The notes under the pieces: model-generated
The model's input: only the letters and a program-made list of their open reading frames with translations
Database searches by the model: none
What the model was told of the DNA's origin: nothing
Origin: Myxococcota bacterium
Lineage (GTDB): Bacteria > Myxococcota_A > UBA796 > GCA-2862545
Direction of reading: 5' to 3'
Length of the DNA stretch: 33,263 nt
Assembly: GCA_039208735.1 (NCBI GenBank)
Contig: JBCCQY010000104.1
Location: 1-33,263 of the forward strand
Shown here: piece after piece, positions 26,402-33,263 of the stretch
Layout: every line of letters begins with the position of its first letter
Numbering within the stretch: position 1 is the stretch's first letter
Program-made: the position numbers and the translations under genes

Positions 26402-28816
26402 CTACGCCCCCACGTGACGAGCGACAGCGCTCTCGGGAAGCAGGTACATGCGCACGCGTTTGTCGTCGCCTGCTCGCAAGCGAATCCGCGTCGGGCCATC
26501 CGCGTTGGTGAGGATTTGGAGCGCCTTGCCCGTCTTCACAGGTGAGGGCACGGGTTCACCCGCCCCAACGAGCGGTCGCCAATTCCGAATGAGACCTGGA
26601 ACGCTGATGAGGACCGTGTCGGCGTAGTTGGGGTGCCAAAGGAACGGCGGGTATTTGTCGTCGACCCAGTTCCGTTCGGCGGGGCTCATCTCGAGGTAGC
26701 AGGCCAACGCATCGAGGATGGTTCGCGGCAAGCCTTCGCGCGTGCCCACCCGAGCCGACCACTCGGCCGCATCTCCAGGCACTAAGAAGCGCGGGTCGCG
26801 CTCGACGGTGCGGTTTTCCACCAGCCATGCGATGTGCTCGACCAACCTGCCGCGCGAGCCATCGGCGCGTTCGAGCCAATCTGAGGTGATCCCTTGCCGG
26901 CCTCCCCGCACCTTGAGCCAACGTTCGGCGGCCGGGTTGCAGTCAACAATGAGCATGCGGTCGCCAATCGCGTCGTTGTCCATGCGCGTCAGGGCTTCGC
27001 GACCCCACCCCATCGGGTCGGGGTTGTTCGAGCAGATGATGAGCCGAGGACAGCCGTGAAGCGTGCCAGACGGTTCACCCTTTGCCTCGATGGCGTGCCG
27101 GGAGTTGGCGATGCGCTTTCGCATGACGCCGGTGCTCGCCTTCACCTCGGCTTGTTCGTCGAGGTGCATGATGGGACAGCGCAACAGCGCATCGTTGAAG
27201 CGGCCCTTGAAGACGTCGTCGTAGTCGGTGACCGCACTGCCGAAGTAGGCGCTGCAGGCCTCCGCAATCATGGACTTGCCGATGCCCTTCGCACCGTAGA
27301 GCCACAGCGCACTCGTGGGCTGGCCGAGTTCCGGCATCGTGGCAAGCCAATCGAGGGTCCGCTCGTTGAACGCGAGCCTTAGCCACTCATCAACGTCGGC
27401 GTGGAACACCGCAGGCGGTGGCGGCTCTTGCAAGACCTGCAAGAACAGCTTCCCGCCGTGGTTCGGCCCTTTCTCGAAGCGGGTGCGGCTCGTGTAGCTG
27501 AAGATGACGTCATCGACGCGACGGCCGAACCGCTCGTACAGCGTGGCCGCCCCGAGCGGCTCCCCCTCCTCGTTGCGGGTCTGCAGATGGGGCCACAAGC
27601 GCTGAAGCTCGACCCGTACAAGCTTCGAGGCGACGAAGACGTAGCCTGTCGCCGTGGCCACATAGAAGCCTTGTGCCCCCTTCGCCGCAGCCAGGTACGG
27701 CCGACCATCCGGCGTTTCGCTACAGCACGTTCCGCCATCCGGGGGCGTGGACGCCACTGCGTAGCGGACGAGCCCCGCCGTCGGGTCGAAGGCCTGGGGG
27801 CCTTCCCGCCACCGGTCGTTGAGGTCGCGCGTCTCGGTCGCGTCCGGGTCGGGAACCCACACGGGGCACCGTCCCTCGAGGGACTCGGCCACCGCCTTCG
27901 CGTAGGCGCGTCCCGTGGCGTTCGGGTCGGTGCAGACGAAGACCTGCGTGCCATCGGGGATGCGCGCCGCGAGTTCGGGCGTCCACTGACCGGCTCCAAT
28001 CCCGAACACGATGTCGGGACTGGTCTCGGAAAACCACGCGGCCACCGTGAGGAAGTCCGGGCCGCCTTCGGTGAGGTAGATGCGGGCGCCTTCCCCGAGT
28101 GCGCCGCCACGAAGCAGGGTTCGTCCTGCAACGTTCGCGAACACCAGGCCCCCCACGGTGTAGCCCTTGGGATTGAGGCTCTTCTGCCCATGGACGTCGG
28201 CAACCTTGCGAGCCCGGACCGACCGCAACGTGCCAGTGGCGTCGTACAGCGGCAGCAGGACGCGGTAGTGGCTGCGCCATCGTCGGGCCCAGTTGGGAGC
28301 CTGGTTCGGGATGACGCGTGCGAGGTCACGGTCGGCCAGTGCCGCAGGGTCCAGACCTCGGCTCCGCACCCACGCTGCCGACGCCTCGTCGTCGGTGATC
28401 GAGGTTGCCTGTCCCCACAGCCGCTCGACGTCCGAGCGCGGGGGTGGTGATCGCTCTGGTTCTGGCGGGGGCGGTGGTGGCGGCTTCACCCGTGGCGGCG
28501 GTGGGCCGTCCGCTGACGGATCACACCAGCCACGGGACGCGAACCAGGCCCGGGTCTCAGGTGACGTGGGCTCGACACCAAGGGCCAAACCGACGAGGTC
28601 CACCGTTGAGCCCGTGCGTTGGCAGCGGTGGCACCGCCAACCTGCGCCGTCGGTCGTGGTTCCGATGGGACCCCGACGGGAGCTGCGCTCACGGCGGCGT
28701 TCCCCACAAGAAGGGCAGGGACCAATGGTGTTGCGCGTGACCTGAAGCTTCAAGGCAGCGGCGATGTGAGCGACGGGATGGTTCTTTGCTTGGGTGACCC
28801 AGCCGTGCATCGTCAT
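26402..28816 (-). CDS. Primase-helicase: Zn finger, Toprim and SF3/D5-like (DUF5906) helicase
   Basis: CPSC...WRCHRC, poly-Pro linker, LTEGGPDFL, CTDPNATG, DLND, Walker A GAKGIGKS, Walker B IMHLDE, motif C LIICSN. Confidence 0.9.
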   Translation of the reverse strand: MTMHGWVTQAKNHPVAHIAAALKLQVTRNTIGPCPSCGERRRERSSRRGPIGTTTDGAGWRCHRCQRTGSTVDLVGLALGVEPTSPETRAWFASRGWCDPSADGPPPPRVKPPPPPPPEPERSPPPRSDVERLWGQATSITDDEASAAWVRSRGLDPAALADRDLARVIPNQAPNWARRWRSHYRVLLPLYDATGTLRSVRARKVADVHGQKSLNPKGYTVGGLVFANVAGRTLLRGGALGEGARIYLTEGGPDFLTVAAWFSETSPDIVFGIGAGQWTPELAARIPDGTQVFVCTDPNATGRAYAKAVAESLEGRCPVWVPDPDATETRDLNDRWREGPQAFDPTAGLVRYAVASTPPDGGTCCSETPDGRPYLAAAKGAQGFYVATATGYVFVASKLVRVELQRLWPHLQTRNEEGEPLGAATLYERFGRRVDDVIFSYTSRTRFEKGPNHGGKLFLQVLQEPPPPAVFHADVDEWLRLAFNERTLDWLATMPELGQPTSALWLYGAKGIGKSMIAEACSAYFGSAVTDYDDVFKGRFNDALLRCPIMHLDEQAEVKASTGVMRKRIANSRHAIEAKGEPSGTLHGCPRLIICSNNPDPMGWGREALTRMDNDAIGDRMLIVDCNPAAERWLKVRGGRQGITSDWLERADGSRGRLVEHIAWLVENRTVERDPRFLVPGDAAEWSARVGTREGLPRTILDALACYLEMSPAERNWVDDKYPPFLWHPNYADTVLISVPGLIRNWRPLVGAGEPVPSPVKTGKALQILTNADGPTRIRLRAGDDKRVRMYLLPESAVARHVGA

Positions 28817-28818
28817 CG

Positions 28819-29130
28819 CTACTTGGCCGCGACAGCGTCAATGCCGTCGTCCCAATCGGGGGTGGCCAACTGCACGGCCCATTCGAGGTCGCATCGAAGC
28901 GCGGCCACTTCGTGGACGCCGAGTTCGTCACCAAGTTCGGCAAGGTGACCGCAGCCCCAGACCGAAGGCGGTCCCTGGGGTAAGGCCAGCAACAGGTCCG
29001 GTCCCGCGGGGGCGAGATGGGCCTGGTAGGTAGGTCCGAAGGGAGACAAGCGGAAACCCACCCGCACGGCCCGTGGGTGCCCGTGCTCGATGTCCATCCA
29101 CACGTCCGTGATCGAGATGTCGAAAACCAT
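28819..29130 (-). CDS. Hypothetical phage early protein
   Basis: GGAG RBS before ATG 29130; ends 2 nt before the primase start. Confidence 0.65.
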   Translation of the reverse strand: MVFDISITDVWMDIEHGHPRAVRVGFRLSPFGPTYQAHLAPAGPDLLLALPQGPPSVWGCGHLAELGDELGVHEVAALRCDLEWAVQLATPDWDDGIDAVAAK

Positions 29131-29209
29131 GGTTGCTCCACGCACAGCTCCGCCATCCTGCGAGGCTGTGCAGGCAAATGCGGGGCAAGGCCCCTTTGGA
29201 CGGAAGGGG

Positions 29210-29563
29210 CTACTGAATGGGCTGTGGGTCAGCGAGTTCGACCGTCCAACCGGTGCCGCTAAGTCGTTCGGAAACCTCTTGCAGCGCGTCGGGCAGGGTT
29301 TCGAGCATGCTCAGTTGGGTGCGGATGGCGTCTGCACCGAGCCGTAGGCGAGCCGCATCAAGCCATGCGGGTTCGGCGGTTTGGCATCCCGTGCGAACAC
29401 GTTTTTGAAGACGCGTGATGGCACGCTGCAACTCGGTGAGCTTGTCCATCAGCATGCTGGCCTGCAAGACGTCGTGCCTAAGGCCGATGCACAGCTCGGT
29501 CAGCTGGGTCTCCGTCGTGGTCTGACGAGGGACGGGGGCAGCGTTAGGGGGAACATGGCTCAT
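29210..29563 (-). CDS. Hypothetical coiled-coil early protein
   Basis: 117-aa ORF with heptad pattern (LMDKLTELQRAITRLQKRV), co-oriented with the primase. Confidence 0.65.
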   Translation of the reverse strand: MSHVPPNAAPVPRQTTTETQLTELCIGLRHDVLQASMLMDKLTELQRAITRLQKRVRTGCQTAEPAWLDAARLRLGADAIRTQLSMLETLPDALQEVSERLSGTGWTVELADPQPIQ

Positions 29564-29687
29564 GGTTCAGTCCAATCGGGCCAGTGGACCCCCGGGGTGC
29601 TTGCCTGCAAGCTGTTGCACCTCGGGGGTTCGCGCACCCAGGGCCCAGGTTGGATGCGCGTGGCGATGGAAGTTCCCTCCGCCGGAT

Positions 29688-29731
29688 GGATAATTATCCT
29701 ATCCCCCTAGGTGGGCAAGAAAAATTATCCT
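29688..29731 (-). promoter_or_regulatory. Operator/promoter for the leftward early operon
   Basis: Perfect palindrome GGATAATTATCC (29688-29699) and AGGATAAT-TTTT-CTTGCC (29731-29714) in a local AT-rich patch. Confidence 0.6.
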
Positions 29732-30111
29732 TCCGAGCGGTCCCCTATCGCTACTCCACGGTCGCCTTCGTAGATTTCAACGAGCCGCCTGAAGAACGTG
29801 ACATCTTCAGGTGGGGCGGTGGACAAGAGCTGTAGAAGCTTCGCAGCTAGATCTCGGACATCGCGGGGCATCGTTCGCATCTGGTCGAGGCCCTCATCAC
29901 CACTCTCCGTGGCAAAGAACTCGCTAAGCGAGCTACCGCAAAGCTCGATCCACGCCCGCAGCTTGGGCAGCATCAACCCAGTGCGCCCATTCTCCACGAG
30001 TCCAATGTGACCTCTGGTGACGCCGAGTTCGGCAGCTACCTCGTGTTGCTTCAGACCAGCGGCCTCACGTAGCGCCCGCAGCCGTTTGCCGATGGACTCG
30101 AGGTCGTCGAT
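29725..30111 (-). CDS. XRE-family HTH repressor (CI-like), probable non-canonical ATC start
   Basis: The frame extends upstream of the ORF-track GTG as (M)DDLESIGKRLRALREAAGLKQHEVAAELGVTRGHIGLVENG, a complete HTH. GGAGG lies 5 nt before ATC 30111; in-frame TAG further upstream. Confidence 0.82.
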   Translation of the reverse strand: MDDLESIGKRLRALREAAGLKQHEVAAELGVTRGHIGLVENGRTGLMLPKLRAWIELCGSSLSEFFATESGDEGLDQMRTMPRDVRDLAAKLLQLLSTAPPEDVTFFRRLVEIYEGDRGVAIGDRSEG

Positions 30112-30194
30112 GGCTTCCTCCAGGGTGGAGGCTTCAGTCTACCAGGGCATCCCCGAAGCGGGTAGGACCACGACGCTCGACTTCTAGCTCGATC

Positions 30195-30212
30195 AGGATA
30201 ATAAAACTTGCC
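30195..30212 (+). promoter_or_regulatory. Operator/-35 motif upstream of the Cro-like gene
   Basis: AGGATAAT-AAAA-CTTGCC, 14/18 identical to the motif at 29714-29731. Confidence 0.6.
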
Positions 30213-30256
30213 AAGAGAGTAGTCGAAAGTCATACGGAGAGAAAGGACACTTAGGC

Positions 30257-30580
30257 ATGAACGGCTTCGCAAATGCATGGGTTCGAACACGCCTTGGACT
30301 CGGTCTTTCGCAGAAGGGCGTGGCCCGAGCTCTTGGTGAGCGAGACATTCACATCACCCGCGGTACCATCAACAACTGGGAGCATGGAACCGCGCTCCCA
30401 CGAATGGGCCTTCTTCGGGCGCTCTACGAGGCGCTGCCGCTCTCCGACGCGCAGTACAGGGAACTCCTGGACGTTGCCATCGCCGAGGACTTCTTACGGG
30501 CCAAGATGCGCCACGGCAGTCCGAAGAGGGTCTTCAGAAGTGTCCGCGACGTGGACGTGAACGCCCAGGAGCGTGTGTAA
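30257..30580 (+). CDS. XRE-family HTH regulator (Cro-like)
   Basis: RLGLGLSQKGVARAL...TINNWEHGTALP HTH motif; AAGGA RBS; divergent from the repressor. Confidence 0.85.
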   Translation: MNGFANAWVRTRLGLGLSQKGVARALGERDIHITRGTINNWEHGTALPRMGLLRALYEALPLSDAQYRELLDVAIAEDFLRAKMRHGSPKRVFRSVRDVDVNAQERV

Positions 30581-31124
30581 TCTTGATGCTCGACGTACTC
30601 CAGCAAGAGCGGCGAATCGCCTGGGTTCGGAGGGCAATTCGCCGCCAGGACGCTATAGATCGGCTGTGGTCTCTAGGTCCAATCCGCCCATGGCAGCTGT
30701 GTCAGCGTTGAGGTGGGCTGGTCAACTCAGGACGAGATTGCAGGTGCCTCCGGGCTGCCACCCGGGGCATCACCTGCGTCACCGCTCGAAGAACACGACC
30801 ATGATGCACTCCATCACGATGCCGATGATTTCGCACGTATCTACGTCCGTCAAGGACGCGCTTGTAATCATACCGAGGCATGACGGAATGGCTGGAGAAG
30901 ATGCGTCGCTGCTGCAGTTTGCATTCACGGCGTCTGGCAACATGGCCTTTGCCGAGTATAGGCATCCTCTTGAGGCCGCAGCCTCAAGCGACGATGAAGA
31001 TAGGCGCCTCATTTCCCTGGCGCAGATGAGGAAGAAGCTCGAGAGCTTCGGCGTTGTGCCAAGCAACGAAGGCGATCAGCTGTCGGATTGCGGTCTCTAG
31101 GATGGCTCCTTCAGATCGGCCATG

Positions 31125-33123
31125 TCACCGGTAGATGCCGAAGTCTTCTTCTTCGTCCCGCTTGCGCTCGTGTTCGATGGACTGATCGAGCGCGTCCATG
31201 TGTTCCCTTGCCCAACCCGATACGGCAGGATTCGGGTGGTGCGAGAGTTCGGCATAGGCGTCTCGATGCATAGTGAGACGAGGAACTCTCGACCCCGTCC
31301 AACCGCCAGAGTGGATGCTCGCGGCAAGGCCGTTGCGCAGGTCAGCGTCGTCGCCAAAGCGCTCGAGCAGCGAGAGGGCAAACGGAGTCCAGCTGGGATA
31401 TCGCGCACCGTCATCCCTGTCTTGGAGCGGATCGATCATACGACTGACATGGAAGCGTGCTAGCTCGAACGAACCGCACCAATCGAGAAGCCGCTGGGAG
31501 CCGACTAGAGACACAAGGTTCAGGTCGTCGAGTGCAAGTTCAAGATGAAAGGCAGTAAGCCCATCCGCCTTCTCATAGCTACGCCGTAGGGCCTTCCACG
31601 TCACGTCGGTGGACCGGGCGAAGAGCATCAACGTGAGCTTCACCAACGCCCTTGAGCGGTATCCAGATGAGTTCCCGAGCGCAGCCATGACGCGTTCTGC
31701 CAAACCATGAATGAGCTCGTTGCCATCGGAGGCGTCGAGACACGCTTCCGCTAGCCGTGGGATGTGAAGCTCATGCAGCGCATCGCCGCATTCAGCTAGC
31801 TCGAGGACACCAGGCCGAAGTACCAAGTCGCGTGCGCAATCCAGGAGCTCTGGCTCCAGGGTGCTGTTGTGCTGCCTCATAGCGAGTAGATCTAGTGCAA
31901 CTGCAGGTCCTCCGTCATCGGCGTCCGCGCACGCCCTAATCAGGGCGGCCACCGTCACAGGCTCCAGCGGTCGCAGGACGCCGCCGAAGCTCAACGCTCG
32001 AACGGAGGTGGAAGGAAGGGAGTCAGACCCTAGGTGACTCGCTACCATGAGCACGGCATCATCCGTGAGCCCGATTCCGAGCAGGAATGGCACGGCGAAT
32101 GCTCGCGTCTCTTCACGCTCAAGGAGTCCAAGGACATAGGCTCTGGTGTCTGCGGGCTCCCGTTCGTGCGATGCCCTGGCTATACCAACGCCCACGACCG
32201 GATTCCGCACATCTACGGGCACTTGTGTGAGCATGTCGACCACGCTCCGCAGGAGCTGCACGGGGTCGCCAACCGCACTCCCGACCGACATACCGAATAC
32301 GTATCCCTGTCTTTGCTCGCCTCGAAGAAGATCTGGCATCCGAGGGAGAAGATTCTCGATGTCCACCGCCAACCGTGCGCCAAGCTGCTCTGCCCGCTCC
32401 TCGGCGACGGAGATGATGCTTCCGTCGGGCTCTTGTCTTTGCTCGCCTCGGCCAGGGCTCGTCACGGTCTCCATGAGGAGGTCACTAAGATCTGATGGTG
32501 AAAGCGCAGTGATGAGGCGTTCGACTCGTTCCTGAAGCGCCTGGTCGTAGGTTTCGCCATCAAATCTCAATGCCATTCGCAGACCGTGCAGCATTTCCGG
32601 CCAACGGAGAGCCAGCGCGGAGTTGACAGTCTCCTCAACGAGGTTGACGGCACCGCTAGCGACTAGTCCCCGCACACGGCTGGCAACCCTGTCTCTTGCA
32701 ACCTTGCCCACTGAATCCTGGCGAAGCAAGAATGGCTCCAGCAGTTCGAACACTTCGCGCCAGTATTCCAACACCTGGTGCTGAGATTCTGGCCTCCAGT
32801 CATCCCGAGGGAGTCGGCCTCCTTGTACTTGATTGGAGCCAACCCGAAAAAAATGTCTCGTCACCAAAGCCGCGCAAAGACACCGCACTACCACCGGCTC
32901 GAAGTCTGGGTGGCCGGACCAAAGGGCCCGTCGTAGCACTGCGAGACGGTCCGATGCCGGAAGCTCAGTTCCACTCAGGTAGAGTGAGTAGAAGCTCGCT
33001 ACGTCGTTGGTGGCGTTATCGTTCGACGCTGCTTGCTCGCCCGCAGCGAGCAACAGGAGAAGCCAGATGGCATCTTGGAAGGTCTCCGGCCACCACGCCA
33101 GCTTCTCAAGGCACCAGATCAGA
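31125..33123 (-). pseudogene. 3' portion of a large helical protein gene interrupted by an IS66-type element
   Basis: >660 open codons with atypical codon usage. Credible protein (SLIWCLEKLAW...) begins exactly at the IS end at 33123/33124; the ORF-track start at 33200 lies inside the IS. Confidence 0.65.
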
Positions 33124-33263
33124 GAAGGCGTTCGACGAACCCGTGCTGACGGGGATCTCCATGGCCGATAGCGATGGCGCAACAGCACGGAGATCGGCAT
33201 GGCGAATCGAAGTCGCGAGGAGTGGCGGGAGCTTGTCTGGCAGTGGGAGCACTCGGGACAGAC
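33124..33263 (+). mobile_element. Left end of an IS66-family insertion sequence (partial)
   Basis: GAAGGCGTTCGACGAACCC resembles IS66 terminal repeats (GTAAGCG...CGAACC type, from recall) and is followed by a TnpA-like ORF. Confidence 0.7.
33199..33263 (+). CDS. tnpA: IS66 accessory protein TnpA, N-terminus (partial)
   Basis: GGAG RBS then MANRSREEWRELVWQWEHSGQ; the W..LV..W..SG pattern is typical of IS66 TnpA. Not in the ORF track. Confidence 0.7.
   Translation, partial: MANRSREEWRELVWQWEHSGQ

Larger units (their letters stand above)
1..30580. mobile_element. Prophage of a contractile-tailed temperate phage (left end outside the window, right end uncertain)
   Basis: Contiguous head, neck, tail and baseplate genes plus primase/helicase, antirepressor and divergent HTH pair. 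No integrase, terminase, lysis genes or att sites seen in the window. Confidence 0.9.

Noticed and set aside
25826..26417. ORFs in the primase-antirepressor gap
   Set aside because: Low-complexity translations; region better explained as non-coding origin/regulatory DNA.
30573..31100. Overlapping ORFs on both strands downstream of the Cro-like gene
   Set aside because: No recognisable motif or RBS and the coding strand cannot be decided; may be a decayed gene.

Overview
GC-rich window made almost entirely of a temperate contractile-tailed (myovirus-type) prophage, open at the left edge. A translationally coupled minus-strand morphogenesis operon runs from ~15986 to position 1: unknown basic protein, DUF2213 protease/scaffold, cement protein, DUF2184-type capsid, connectors, sheath, tube, frameshifted tail chaperone, tape measure, baseplate, start of tail fibre. 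Unusually, portal and MuF (16063-18880) point the other way, and no terminase is visible. Next comes an accessory block: a cas-less CRISPR array (10 intact 37-nt repeats of two types, one degenerate repeat, 10 spacers, own leader and promoter, transcribed leftwards), a divergent pair of membrane-anchored pentapeptide-repeat genes (one TIR-fused) and an AlbA/Schlafen-domain gene. An early module follows: Bro-N antirepressor, iteron-like putative origin, ZnF-Toprim-SF3 primase/helicase and a divergent XRE pair, one apparently with an ATC start. The window ends in a large gene cut by an IS66-type element. All family calls come from by-eye motif recognition and gene order; no searches were run.
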